Assembly: GCA_963827655.1 (NCBI GenBank)
Contig: CAWHCF010000013.1
Location: 44,201-108,200 of the forward strand
Origin: an uncultured Acidobacteriota bacterium
GTDB lineage: Bacteria > Acidobacteriota > UBA6911
Direction of reading: 5' to 3'
Length of the DNA stretch: 64,000 bases
Under the pieces are notes generated by a model. The model did not search any database. It was not told the DNA's origin and was given only the letters and a program-made list of their open reading frames with translations. This document shows, one piece after another, positions 9,247 to 20,680 of this stretch; position 1 is the first letter of the stretch; each line of letters opens with the position of its first letter. The position numbers were made by a program, and so were the translations under genes.

Positions 9247-12200
9247 TCATCTTTGCAAGCTCTTCATGGCAGATGTCTTTTTTACTTGGTTCCGTCTTCG
9301 GACTTCCTCGTCCGTAGCTGCCGCGCCAGAGTTTCACCGTACTGTCGACACTTCCTGCGGCCAATCCTTTGCCATCCGGCGAAAATGCCACTGACGAGAC
9401 CATACCAACTCTAAGTCCGTTGAGAGTGACCATTTCCTGCCCTGTGATCAAATCCCAAAGCTTCACGGTCCGATCATAACTTCCGGAAACCAACCTCTTG
9501 CCGTCCGGCGAAAATGCCACTGAAGAGACCGGCTGCGTATGCCCCTTGAGAGTAAGCATTTCCTGTTCCGCGACCACGTCCCAAAGCTTAACGGTCCGGT
9601 CATAACTTCCCGAAGCCAACCTCTTCCCGTCCGGCGAAAATGCCACTGAACGAGACCGGCTCCGTATGCCCCTTGAGAGTAAGTGCTTCCTGCCCCGTGA
9701 CCACGTCCCACAGCTTCACAGTTCGGTCACAACTTCCCGAAGCCAATCTCTTCCCGTCCGGCGAAAATGCTACTGAAGAGACCGCACGCCGCATGCCCCT
9801 TGGAGAGTGAGCACTTCCTGCCCCGTGGCCACATCCCACAGCTTCACGATTGCGTCACGACTTCCCGAAGCCAACCTCTTGCCGTCTGGCGAAAATGCCA
9901 GTGACCGAACCTGACATGCCCCTTGAGAGTGAGCACTTCCTGCCCCGTGGCCACATCCCACAGCTTCACGGTTCCGTCATAACTTCCCGAAGCCAACCTC
10001 TTGCCGTCTGGCGAAAATGCCACTGACGAGACCTCCTGCCGCATGTCCCTTGAGAGTTGAGCAGTTCCTGCCCGGTGGCCACATCCCACAGCTTCACGGT
10101 TCGGTCATGACTTCCCGAAGCTAACCTCTTGCCGTCTGGCGAGAATGCCACAGAAGAGACCAGATCCGCATGCCCCTTGAAAGTAAGCAGTTCCTGCCCC
10201 GTGGCCACATCCCACAGCTTCACGGTTCGGTCATAACTTCCCGAAGCCAACCTCTTGCCGTCTGGCGAGAATGCCACTGAAGAGACCAGATCCGCATGCC
10301 CCTTGAGAGTGAGCACTTCCTGCCCCGTGGCCACGTCCCACAGCTTCACGGTTCGGTCATAACTTCCCGAAGCTAACCTCTTGCCATCGGGCGAAAATGC
10401 CACTGAAGAGACCAGACTCCGCGTGCCCCTTGAGAGTGAGCAGTTCCTGTCCCGTGGCCACGTCCCACAGCTTCACCGTTCGGTCATAACTTCCCGAAGC
10501 CAATCTCTTGCCATCTGGCGAAAATGCTAATGACAGGACCAGTTCCCACGTCTAGAGAGTGCCTTCCGTGCCCACTCCCACAACTTCTCGGCTAGGCTTC
10601 CCGAAGCCAACCTCGCGCCATCCAGCGAAAATGACGGGACTAACTCCGGATTTCCCCTGAGAGTGAGCAGTTCCTGTCCCGTTGCCACATCCCACAGCTT
10701 CAAGGTTAGGTCAGGACTTCCCGAAGCTAACCTCTTGCCGTCGGGCGAAAATGCTACTGACGCGAAGCCTCGCCGCGATGCCCCTTGAGAGTAAGCACTT
10801 CCTGCTCCCGTGGCCACATCCCACAGCTTCACGGTTCGATCATCACTTCCCGAAGCCAACCTCTTGCCGTCCGGCGAAAATGCTACTGACAGAGACCTCC
10901 CCTGCATGCCCCTTGAGAGTCAGTACGTTCCTGCCCCGTGACCACATCCCACAGCTTCACGGTTCGGTCACGACTTCCCGAAGCTAACCTCTTGCCGTCT
11001 GGCGAAAATGCTACTGAAGAGATCAGATCCGCATGTCCCCTCGAAAGTGAGCACGTTCCTGCCCAGTGGCCACATCCCACAGCTTCACGGTTCGGTCATA
11101 ACTTCCCGAAGCCAACCTCTTGCCGTCTGGCGAAAATGCCACTGAAGAGATCTGCCCTCGCATGCGGCAATGTGAATAGGTCGCCATGACAGAGTCGCCA
11201 GAAGTAATACCATTCAAAGCCGCGCAAATCCTCCTGGCCAGGCTTGGGCAAATGAGCCGTCAAGCAGCTCCCGCATACGCGCCAATGCTCGCTGTTTCCC
11301 AGGCTTGCTGAGCCAGGTTCATGTGTGCTGCATAAAGGAGCCGACGATTGGCCTGCTCCTGCTGAACCGCGCGATTGCGTTGCACGATCGAAACCACCGC
11401 GAAGACTGGCGATCACGAGAACAATGAGGGCCGCAACTCCCGCCGCGCGTAATAAACCGCGCCGATAGGCCGCGCGCTGGCGTCGCAGTTCGGCGTCGGG
11501 CATGTTCTCGGTGATCCACGCGCGGTCGAATACACGCTGCGTAAATCCGATTCCGCACCCTCAGGCTGACCATCCTCAACCCGCGTGATGCCCGACAGCC
11601 GAAGGATGCTGACCAGCGGGTTGGTCTCGTCGTCGCGGCACGCGCTTCTTTCGATGCACCTGCGCGTAGAGACTCAGCAACCCGGCCAGATCGACTTCGC
11701 TCCGCAGCATCCGCTCGCGCACGAACAGCAGGTTGTCGTCCCGCTCCCGCGCCCGGCGCGAAAAGAACAGCTCCTCGCATATCCGATCCACACCCTCGGG
11801 TCGCGTTCACGCTCGCGTCTTCGGCCACCGCCTGGCAAAGCCGCTGCGTCAGGTACGGATGCCCGCCGGTCCAATAAAGAATCCGCTTCGAGCAGCGCTC
11901 GCCGCGAGCTTCTCCTCGCGCCTTAGCCCCTGCGCCAGGGGTGCGGCTTCTGCCTCGGTGAAGTCGTGCAGCTCAATGCGCTGCCCAATGTTGAACGGCG
12001 TCGTACGCGTGTCCCGGATCAGATCCGAAGGCGTCGCCACGCCCGAGCAGGCAAAAGGTCAGTCGCTCCAGCTCCGGTTCTTCGCGTGCGGCGGTTGTAG
12101 AACTCCCGAATCCCGGCAAAGAACTCATCGGTCGAAAAGGGAAGGCTGCGGACCGAATCGATCTCGTCGATGAAGATCACCACGCGACCGACACAGCGGC

Positions 12201-12605
12201 GCAATATCACCTTCCGGATTGCCTGCAGTCCACCGCTGCAGCGGGCCGAGTCGGGTCTCGTCTTGCCAGAAATCCTCGAGCTCGTCTTCCAGATCGAGCT
12301 GCTGCCCGATCTGGCGTGAGCAGGCCGCCATACCACTGCTCGGCGCTGAGGTTCTGTCCGATCGCGGTCAGATCGAGCACGGCCACGCCGATTCCTTCTT
12401 CGCGCAGCCGCGCCGCCGTGCGCACCATGAGGGAGGATTTACCCATCTGCCGGGCGGTCAGGACGTAACAGAACTTGCCCTTGTTTGAGTCCTTCGTATA
12501 GCTCGGTGTCGGCCTGCCGCTCGACGTAGCAAGGCGGCATCGCGCCGCAGAGTCCCGCCGGTGACGTAGAAACCGCTGTTGAAGCTCGAGCCTGCTCGCG
12601 CTCAT
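9247..12605 (-). CDS. AAA_35 (STAND-like) ATPase - TM - WD40 repeat protein, many frameshifts
   Basis: Rebuilt across frames: FYVTGG, Walker [12 protein letters not shown], Walker [30 protein letters not shown], hydrophobic helix [28 protein letters not shown] linker, about 15 WD40 repeats. End is approximate. Confidence 0.8.
9320..11175 (-). repeat. Coding tandem array of about 15 near-identical ~126-bp WD40 units
   Basis: Recurrent cccacagcttcacggttcggtcataacttcccgaagccaacctcttgccgtctggcgaaaatgccactga, mostly every 122-129 bp; one shortened unit near 10577. Confidence 0.95.
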
Positions 12606-14828
12606 AGCAAATGTTTCTCCAGATACGTTGGCGTAAAGCTGACAGCGAGGCTTCACAGATTGCGCCGACTCACCTGACATCAAGCCCTGCACTGCGCAGA
12701 CGGTAAAAGCTCTCCGGACTAGGGCACGGCTGACCTCGCAGCACCCCCCGCACCACCTCACACAGAGCAGCGTCCTGCGCTGAGAGAGACGAGCATTCGG
12801 CGCAAATGATCGCCGAAAGGTCCTTCATCGTGATCGGCCTGAGCTTCGAAGGCGGGAAGGTCCGAAGCCATGAGTCGCCATCTCGTGCAGACCACGGCGG
12901 ACAAGGTAGGGATGACCGCCCACCAGCCGGTAATAACGCGCCAGCTCCGCCTTGTTTCTGAGCGGGGAACCATAGCGCTGGTTAAGTTCTTCTACTTGTT
13001 GGAAGGTGAAATCTTCGAGCCATAGTCGGGTTCCAACGTTGAACGGCGATTGGTTCAGGTCGGTGATAAACAGGTGCGCCTCGGTCGCATAGGCTATGGC
13101 GAGCGTGAGACGCTGCCACGGACCGGCAGGATCGAGCGCCCGCCTGTTGTGCCAGGAACGAAAGAGTCCGAAGACCTCGCTGCCAAAACTCGCAGGTGAA
13201 AAGCCGAGTCGACTTCATCCAGCCCCCAGACGATGGGCGACCCGACGTTGGCAAATACCTGGCGCCGCAAGTATCGCTCGAAGTTGATGCTGGAGCTGAG
13301 ATGGGGATTCCATGCCTCATGGGGAAACACATCGAGTCGAGCTGGTCCGCAAGCAATTCTGCCAGCGTCAGAAGTAATTTGTCGATCGATTGCAGATAAG
13401 CCGCGCTGAGGTTCTGAAAATCGGTGAGCACTACCCGCGCCCCTGCCTGTCGCGCCTTCTGCAAACCTCGAGCCAGCAGCGATGTCTTGCCCACCTGGCG
13501 CGCCCCTTTGACCAAAACAATGCTGTCCTGGCGCGCAATGGCAGAGTGGAATTCGATATCTGTGCGTCGAACAATGTAAAAATCAGAATCCAGCGCGACG
13601 GCTCCACCCACAGGCTCAAGCTTCCCGCCGGAAGGTGTCGGATGAGTGGGCCCAGTCGGGCTCCGATGGGCTGAGCGGCTGGGGCGGTGGTTGGTCCTCT
13701 TTGGCGTGCTCTACAGTCTGTGGCGCGTCCCGCTTCAGCCTGGCCTCAAGCTCCAGCTCGAGCCTCAGGCTTTTCAGATCGATCAGCAAGTCCATCGAGA
13801 CCTGGTAGCGCTCTTCACGGTCTTTCGCCAGGGCCTTGCTCACAATTCTTTCGAGCTCCTGGAGGAATCTCCCGAGTGTAGCGCGCCAGCGGCGGGGGCT
13901 GCTGATTCAAGATCGCGGCCATCACCTCGGCGGACGTAACCCCTTCAAACGGCTCACGTCTCGCCGCCATTTCATAGAGCACCACCCCGAGGCTAAAAAT
14001 GTCAGTCCTGCCGTCAACCGGCCGTCCCATTATCTGCTCCGGGGACATATACCGAGCCGTTCCCATCACCTTGCCCGGGTCGGTGTCCAGCTGTCCGATT
14101 GTTGAGACTTTGCGATCCTTGACGGAGGGTCGCTCGATCAACTTGGCCAGTCCAAAGTCCAAAACTTTGACGTACCCATCGCGCCTCACCATGATGTTCT
14201 CGGGCTTGATGTCGCGATGCACGATTCCAACCTCGTGGGCTCCCGACAGAGCGCTCGCGACTTGAACCGCCACGTCGAGAAGTTCCCGCACCTTGATCGG
14301 TGAGCCCGCGAGACGCTCCCGCAGCGTCTGCCCGTCGATGAATTCGGTGGCAATGAAATACGCTCCCTCGACCTCTCCGATCTCGAATATGGTAAGGATG
14401 TTGGGATGATTCAGCGCCGATGCGGCTCGAGCTTCCCGCTCGAAGCGTCGCACCCGTTCGCGATCCTGAGTGAACTCCCTGGGCAGAAACTTGAGCGCAA
14501 TTTTACGTCCTAGACGGGTGTCCTCCGCGAGATAGACCTCCCCCATCCCTCCGGCGCCAAGCAAGGAAAGTACCTGGTAGTGGCCAATCTGTCGCCCAAG
14601 CAAAGACGCGGTTTTGTCCGCGGCGATTGCTTCGGCTTCAACGTGCAAAGCGGGCGCGGTCAGGAAGCTGCCCGCTTGGTTGTGGGCCGCAAGTAGAGCC
14701 TCCACTTCCCTTCGTAATTCCTCATCGCTGCCGCAGGCTCTCTCGACGAACGAGGGGCGCTGGCTCTCTTCGCATTCGAGCGCGGAATAGTAGAGTTCGT
14801 TGATACGCTGCCACCGTTCAGGCTTCAT
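12602..14828 (-). CDS. Ser/Thr protein kinase fused to an AAA_35 ATPase domain, frameshifted
   Basis: [32 protein letters not shown]; Pro-rich linker; KLEPVGGAV, Walker [12 protein letters not shown], Walker B WGLDEVD; TGA overlaps the next ATG (ATGA, 12602-12605). Confidence 0.8.
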
Positions 14829-15094
14829 CTTATGCCCGAGGCTGACTTCGAAAAGGCTGAGAGGGCGCCGACCTGCACTGCCGCGCCCTCCTGGTCACAC
14901 TTCTGATAGTGCTTGCAGGTCTCAATTAGTAAGGCGTGGACCCTATCTCAAAGCTGCCAAGGAATCGAAAGATTGTTCGGTTACCCGTCTCCGCTGATCA
15001 GTCAAATGATATCGGCTCAGGTAAAGAGCAAACGCAATAGCAAGAGTTACCGCAAAGACGCCAAAACGCGAAGAGAACTATGGAGTCGATGATG

Positions 15095-15676
15095 TTAGCT
15101 GTTCTTCGTAACTTGTCCCAGCTCGCGATACAGCCAGGCTCGCGCAAGGTTCCACTCTCGCATGACCGTTCGGGGGGATACCTTCAGTACTTCAGCGGCT
15201 TCCTCCACACTCAGTCCACCAAAGAACTTCAACTCAACAATCTGGGCTTTGCGTGAGTCCAGCTTGGCCAGACTCTTCAATGCATCATCCAGTGCAATCA
15301 AGTCCCGTCCCCGGTCATGTGATAGAGTCGCAGCTTCCTCGAGCGAAACCTGCACCGCTTTCCCCCCTCGCTTGGTGTAGCGACGCGACCGGGCAAAATC
15401 GACCAGGATTCGCCGCATTAGCTGGGCTGCTACTCCGAAGAAATGCGCGCGGCTTTGCCAGTGCACATTTTTCCAGTCAACCAGGCGTAGGTAGGCTTCA
15501 TTGACCAGAGCAGTGGTCTGCAGAGCATGGCCGACCCGCTCTCGCTGCATGTACCTTCTGGCCAGCCGATGCAACTCCCCGTGGACCAGCGGGAGTATTT
15601 GGTCAAGAGCCGTCTGATCACCGTCGCTCCAAGCCAGGAGCAGCTGTGTGACTTCTTTGTTAGAGGATGTCGCCAT
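15095..15676 (-). CDS. ECF sigma factor, TIGR02999 (kinase-associated) family
   Basis: VTQLLLAWSDGD, LQTTALVNEAYLRL, HFFGVAAQLMRRILVD, VELKFFGGL, WNLARAWL. Confidence 0.92.
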   Translation of the reverse strand: MATSSNKEVTQLLLAWSDGDQTALDQILPLVHGELHRLARRYMQRERVGHALQTTALVNEAYLRLVDWKNVHWQSRAHFFGVAAQLMRRILVDFARSRRYTKRGGKAVQVSLEEAATLSHDRGRDLIALDDALKSLAKLDSRKAQIVELKFFGGLSVEEAAEVLKVSPRTVMREWNLARAWLYRELGQVTKNS

Positions 15677-15973
15677 TCCGCTTCCGAGGTTTAAACATCG
15701 CCGCTGAGGACCAGCTGCTCGAGTCTAGCATCGATCCTAACAGTCAGGCCAATATGCTCTAAAATCACCCCGCGATGAGGCTTGGAGTCTAATACGGTTT
15801 GGGCTCCCTGGATTGGACCAAGCTTGTTTAGGGCTCTGCTTACGAGGTGGCGGCTTCCTTAATATTTACGGCGCGCACCTGCAACGCGCCCTCCCGGTTG
15901 AGATTCGATGCTGTTTGCTTTAGTCTAAAAATATCGATGTTATCAGGCAATCGAAAAGGGAAGCGGCGGGTTC

Positions 15974-16038
15974 TTGGAGTGCGGTAGCTTGTTAAGCTTG
16001 TTACCGCCCTGGTTGGCGAAGCTTGCTTCGCCTTGTGC
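15974..16038 (+). repeat. Dispersed REP-like palindromic element, family A copy 1
   Basis: TTGGAGTGCGGTAGCTTG..TACCGCCCTGGTTGGCGAAGCTTGCTTCGCC; related reverse-strand copies at ~30240, ~42607 and ~61755. Confidence 0.75.
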
Positions 16039-16113
16039 AAGCAACGAACTTGCGAATTGCATGCCTCTGGTTTTCGGGCGCCGTGTCACCTGGAGAGGAG
16101 GCGAGGAGCCGAA

Positions 16114-16989
16114 ATGACAGCAGCGACGAAAGCAGCGCCGGCGCGTCGGGACACTATCGATCAAGTGATCGAAGCGCTGAACGATGTCGTGGACAGCGCA
16201 CGGCGCGAAGGGAGTCGCCTGGGGTATTTTGCCGCGCTGTACCGCAACGTAACCATCGAGGTAAAGCGAGGCATCGCTCAGGGACGATTCGACGACGGCG
16301 GACGCATGGAGCGCTTCGACGTGATATTTGCGGGTCGCTACCTGGCGGCGCTTGAGTCTTACCGCCGGGGCGAGCGAACCAGTCAATGCTGGGTGACCTG
16401 CTTTCAAAGCTGCCCTCAGTGGCGGCCGATCGTCCTTCAGCACCTGCTGCTCGGAATGAACGCCCACATCAATTTTGACCTCGCGGTCGCCGCTGCAACG
16501 ACGGCGCCCGGTCAGGAACTCGCGGCTCTCAGGCGCGATTTCGATGAGATCAACAATATCCTTTCGGCCATGATCGGAGGCGTCCAATACCGTCTCTCCC
16601 TGATCTGGCCCTGGATGTGGCTGTTGGACCGCATCGGCGGCAGAACACAAAACGCCATCCTCAACTTCTCCATCGAGCACGCGCGGCGGGCGGCCTGGGC
16701 GGCCGCCGAACGCCTGGCTTTCATCGATCCGGGGCGGCGCGATGCCGAGCTCGAAGAGCTGGACCGAAGCGCAGCGCGGATTGCTCATCTGGTCCGGAAT
16801 CCTCCTCTGACCATTCGCCTCGCCAACCTCTGGGTCCGAATGGGCGAACTGCGCGACATCCGAAAGATCATTGACTGTCTCTGTCTAGGGCTTCACCGTC
16901 TCCGTGTCCTGGCGGCTGGCTTTTTTCTGCACGCGCCAAGGAGCTCCAGGGGGGGGCTGCGCTTGACTTTGCCAAACCGCGTGTGCTAG
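16114..16989 (+). CDS. DUF5995-family protein
   Basis: GYFAALY, F..IFAGRYL, LLLGMNAHINFDL, DFDEINNIL; GAGGAG RBS. The C-terminus may be extended by an indel. Confidence 0.8.
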   Translation: MTAATKAAPARRDTIDQVIEALNDVVDSARREGSRLGYFAALYRNVTIEVKRGIAQGRFDDGGRMERFDVIFAGRYLAALESYRRGERTSQCWVTCFQSCPQWRPIVLQHLLLGMNAHINFDLAVAAATTAPGQELAALRRDFDEINNILSAMIGGVQYRLSLIWPWMWLLDRIGGRTQNAILNFSIEHARRAAWAAAERLAFIDPGRRDAELEELDRSAARIAHLVRNPPLTIRLANLWVRMGELRDIRKIIDCLCLGLHRLRVLAAGFFLHAPRSSRGGLRLTLPNRVC

Positions 16990-16992
16990 ACG
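16963..16992 (+). promoter_or_regulatory. Putative sigma70 promoter of the TonB-dependent receptor
   Basis: TTGACT-18 nt-TAGACG with extended TG, about 100 nt upstream of ATG 17090. Confidence 0.4.
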
Positions 16993-17089
16993 GGTAGTCA
17001 TCACGGGAAATCAAATCACCTCGCTGAACTCCTTGGTCCTTTGTCGGCGCCCGCCTGATCGCCGGCGCCGAACGTGAAAGGAACGTGAT

Positions 17090-20000
17090 ATGAACAAGAG
17101 AACATCCAGTTATTGTGGTGGCGCGCTTTGCCTGTTACTTCTCGTCGCGACGGCCGGCGCGCAACAGTTTACCGGAACACTTCAGGGCGTTGTCCGGGAC
17201 GCGAGCGGCGCGGTCATTCCCGGCGCTGAAGTATCCGTGACCAACGCGGGCACCAACCAAAGCCGAATCCTGATCACCGATGCCAGCGGAGCCTACGTGG
17301 CTCCCCTCTTGAAGCCGGGAACCTATCGCGTCTCGGTAAGGCTGACGGGCTTCAAGACCTCGACGATCGACGAGGTCAAGATTGACGTTCAGCAGACGCG
17401 CGTTGTCGACCTGCGTCTCGATGTCGGCGAGATGAACGATACCGTGAACGTCTCGGCGAACGCTGCAGCGCTCGAAGTCTCGACCTCAACCGTCAACCAG
17501 ACCATCGAGAACAAACGGATTGTCGATCTGCCGCTGAACGGCCGCAATCCTTTCACTCTGGCGACGCTGAGCCCCGGCGTGATTCCGGCTCCCGGCTCCT
17601 CCCCCTGGATCAGCGGGGGACGCAATGCCACGAGCGAAGTTACCATCGATGGCGTCTCGAACGTGGGGCCGGAAAACAACGTCTCAATCCTCGATCTGCT
17701 CTACACTCCCTCGGTGGACGCCGTCCAGGAATTCAACGTTCAGACCAATGTGGTCAGCGCCGAGTTCGGGCGGCTCGGCGGCGGGGTGATCAACGTCATT
17801 ACCCGCAGCGGTACCAACGCATTCCACGCCAGCTTGTATGAGTTTCACCGCAATTCGGCCCTGGATGCGAACAACTTCTTCAGCAATCGGGCCGGCATTC
17901 CACTGCGCAGCTTCAAGCGCAACCAGTTCGGCGCGACCGCGGGCGGCCCGGTCGTGATTCCGGGACTCTACCGCGGACGCGATCGCACGTTCTTTTTCGT
18001 CGACTACGAAGGACAGCGACAGAGCGCCGCGAGTGTCTCGACTTTCACCGTGCCGCTCAACGAATGGCGTCGCGGCGACTTCTCGGGCTTGCGCAATGCG
18101 TCCGGGAATCCGATTCTCATCTACGATCCGCTGACCACGCGCGAAGTCAGTCCGGGAAGATTTGCCCGCGATCCCTTTGCGGGGAACATCATTCCCGAGA
18201 CGCGCATCAATCCGGTCGCGCGCAGCGTGATGCCGTTCTGGCCGCAGCCCAACGTCGCTCCCACAAGCGTGTTTACCCAGACCAATAACTATGCGGCCGC
18301 CGGATCGGCCGTGAGCGACTTCGACAAGTTCGACGCGCGCGTCGACCACAACATTCTTCCGAACTGGCGGGTCTTCGTTCGTGGCTCGGCGCAGTGGGGC
18401 AAAGGCATACCCGTCAACTTCTTCGGCAATGTCGCCACCCCCAGCGGCTCCGGGCCAAGCGACAGCGGGAACCGGAGTGTCACAATCGATCAGGCCATCA
18501 CGCTCAACCCCAGGCTGCTGTTGAACGTCCGCTACGGTTTCGGGCGCCGCTTCACCAACGCGCGGCCGTTTTCGACCGGCTACGATTTCACTCAGCTCGG
18601 TTTTCCGCAATCCGTAAAGCGCGCCGCGGAGCTTCAGGCGCTCGAGTTCCCGCGCTTTAACGCCAGCGGGCTGACGTCTCTTGGGCAGCCGACTTTCACC
18701 GATCTGGACATCCTGCCGATGACTCACTCGTTCAACGTAAATCTGACACAGACGACCGGACGGCACACCCTCAAGTGGGGCATGGACTACCGCAAGCTGA
18801 TGATTAATTTCCTCCAGCTCGGTCAGCCTTCGGGAGAGTACAGCTTTGATTCCCGCTGGACGCAGCTGGATCCCAACGTAGCCAGCTCGACGGCCGGGTT
18901 CGGCCTCGCCTCGCTGCTGATCGGCGTTCCGACCGGCGGGCAGATCAGCCACGACCCCACGCCCGCATCGGCCAGCTCTTACTGGGCCTGGTACCTCCAG
19001 GACGATTGGAAGCTGACCTCGCGTCTGACCCTTAACCTCGGCTTGCGCTACGAGCTCGACGTACCACGAACCGAGCGGTTCGATCGGCTGGCCATTTTCC
19101 GTTTCGACGCCCCCTCACCGATCGCGGGCCGGGTCGCGGGGTTCCCGAACCTGAGAGGCGCGATGGACTTCGTCGATGAGGACAACCGGCGCCAGGCGCC
19201 GACCGACAGGAACAACTGGGGTCCGCGCTTCGGATTCGCTTATAACCTGACCGACAAGACCGTCGTGCGCGGCGCCTACGGCGTTTTCTTCTCGGCCTCG
19301 GCGCTGCAGGCTGCAGGGCACACCGGAACGGCGGGGATGGAGGGTTTTCGCAGTTCGACTCCCTTCGTCACCAGCCTGGACGGCCGCACACCCCTCAACT
19401 TCCTCGAGAATCCCTTTCCCGACGGCTTCAACTTTCCCACCGGAAAGTCGCTGGGCGCCGAGACGTTCCTGGGTCTCGGGGTTAGCGAGAGCGTCTTCGT
19501 CGACGACGCCAATCCGTACATTCAGCAGTGGAATTTCAATCTGCAGCGGGAGATGCCCGGGAGTGTCGTCTTTGAGGCGGCCTACATTGGATCGAAGGGG
19601 ACGCGCCTGATCGATGGCGAAAGCGGTGTCGTGCTGAACCAGCTGCCGGTGGAATTTCAAAGGTTGGGAACGCAGCTGCAGAATCTGGTTCCCAATCCCT
19701 TTTTTGGCGTAATCACGAATCCGGTTTCGACGCTCAGCCGGTCCGAGGTACAGCTGGGCCAGCTGTTGCGTCCTTATCCGCAGTACACGGCCGTCAACGG
19801 TTTCCGCAAGCCGAATGGGTTTTCCATCTATCACGCGCTCACCCTTAGAGCCGACAAACGCTTCTCGCGCGGCCTCAGCTTCCTGGCGTCGTACACCTGG
19901 GGCAAACTGATCGACGACGTATCGCAGACCGTGACCTTCCTGGGACCGGCCGGAAACAAGCAGGACGCTTACAACCGCAAGGCCGAGCGTTCGATCTCGA

Positions 20001-20566
20001 CTCAGGACGTGGCGCAGCGCCTGGTTCTCAGCTACGTGTATGAGCTCCCCTTCGGGACGAACAAGCGGTTATTCAACGGTGACGGCTGGGCCACGCGCTG
20101 GTTACTGAGCGGGTGGCAATTCAACGGTATCACGACTTTTCAGGGCGGGACGCCGCTGATTATCACGAGCGGACAGAACAACACCGGCCTCTTCAGCCCC
20201 GGACAGCGCCCGAACACAAATGGCGAGAGCGCGCGCCTGACAGGCGGAACGCGTTCCGAGCGCATAGCGAAGTGGTTTGACACTTCGGTTTTTTCCTTTG
20301 CGCCGCCGTTTACTTTTGGCAGTGTGCCGCGGACATTGCCGGACGCTCGCACGCCAGGGACGAGCCTTTGGGACCTCTCGGTTTTCAAAAACACAACTTT
20401 TGGAGAGGGGAGGTACACGGTCCAGTTCCGGGCGGAGTTCTTCAATGCATTCAACAACGTCAACCTCAACGCCCCGGAACAAAGCCTGGCGTCGGGTAGC
20501 TTTGGCGCAATCTCGGCGGCCGGAGGCCCGCGTCAGATCCAGGTTGCGTTGAAGCTGCTGTTCTGA
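17090..20566 (+). CDS. TonB-dependent receptor (Oar-like, carboxypeptidase-regulatory N-terminal domain)
   Basis: Signal peptide, DLPLNGRN, DAVQEF, TRSGTN, YLQDDWK, LNLGLRYE, NWGPRFGFA, QFRAEFFN, RQIQVALKLLF. Confidence 0.93.
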   Translation: MNKRTSSYCGGALCLLLLVATAGAQQFTGTLQGVVRDASGAVIPGAEVSVTNAGTNQSRILITDASGAYVAPLLKPGTYRVSVRLTGFKTSTIDEVKIDVQQTRVVDLRLDVGEMNDTVNVSANAAALEVSTSTVNQTIENKRIVDLPLNGRNPFTLATLSPGVIPAPGSSPWISGGRNATSEVTIDGVSNVGPENNVSILDLLYTPSVDAVQEFNVQTNVVSAEFGRLGGGVINVITRSGTNAFHASLYEFHRNSALDANNFFSNRAGIPLRSFKRNQFGATAGGPVVIPGLYRGRDRTFFFVDYEGQRQSAASVSTFTVPLNEWRRGDFSGLRNASGNPILIYDPLTTREVSPGRFARDPFAGNIIPETRINPVARSVMPFWPQPNVAPTSVFTQTNNYAAAGSAVSDFDKFDARVDHNILPNWRVFVRGSAQWGKGIPVNFFGNVATPSGSGPSDSGNRSVTIDQAITLNPRLLLNVRYGFGRRFTNARPFSTGYDFTQLGFPQSVKRAAELQALEFPRFNASGLTSLGQPTFTDLDILPMTHSFNVNLTQTTGRHTLKWGMDYRKLMINFLQLGQPSGEYSFDSRWTQLDPNVASSTAGFGLASLLIGVPTGGQISHDPTPASASSYWAWYLQDDWKLTSRLTLNLGLRYELDVPRTERFDRLAIFRFDAPSPIAGRVAGFPNLRGAMDFVDEDNRRQAPTDRNNWGPRFGFAYNLTDKTVVRGAYGVFFSASALQAAGHTGTAGMEGFRSSTPFVTSLDGRTPLNFLENPFPDGFNFPTGKSLGAETFLGLGVSESVFVDDANPYIQQWNFNLQREMPGSVVFEAAYIGSKGTRLIDGESGVVLNQLPVEFQRLGTQLQNLVPNPFFGVITNPVSTLSRSEVQLGQLLRPYPQYTAVNGFRKPNGFSIYHALTLRADKRFSRGLSFLASYTWGKLIDDVSQTVTFLGPAGNKQDAYNRKAERSISTQDVAQRLVLSYVYELPFGTNKRLFNGDGWATRWLLSGWQFNGITTFQGGTPLIITSGQNNTGLFSPGQRPNTNGESARLTGGTRSERIAKWFDTSVFSFAPPFTFGSVPRTLPDARTPGTSLWDLSVFKNTTFGEGRYTVQFRAEFFNAFNNVNLNAPEQSLASGSFGAISAAGGPRQIQVALKLLF

Positions 20567-20606
20567 TCAGACCAGCCTGGAGGTTGCGGTTGTGTAGCTT
20601 TTGGCA

Positions 20607-20680
20607 ATTGACTGGCCGATACCGTGGCCGAGCGCTACGTCAATCTGGGTTGTGCTCGGCCACGGATTGAACCGGTCAAT
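20607..20680. repeat. Long imperfect palindrome (REP-like or terminator)
   Basis: Perfect 12-bp core CCGTGGCCGAGC/GCTCGGCCACGG, extended by ATTGACTGG../..CCGGTCAAT. Confidence 0.75.

Noticed and set aside
9320-11175. Regular ~126-bp repeats as a CRISPR array
   Set aside because: The whole unit repeats and encodes WD40; there are no unique spacers and no cas genes.
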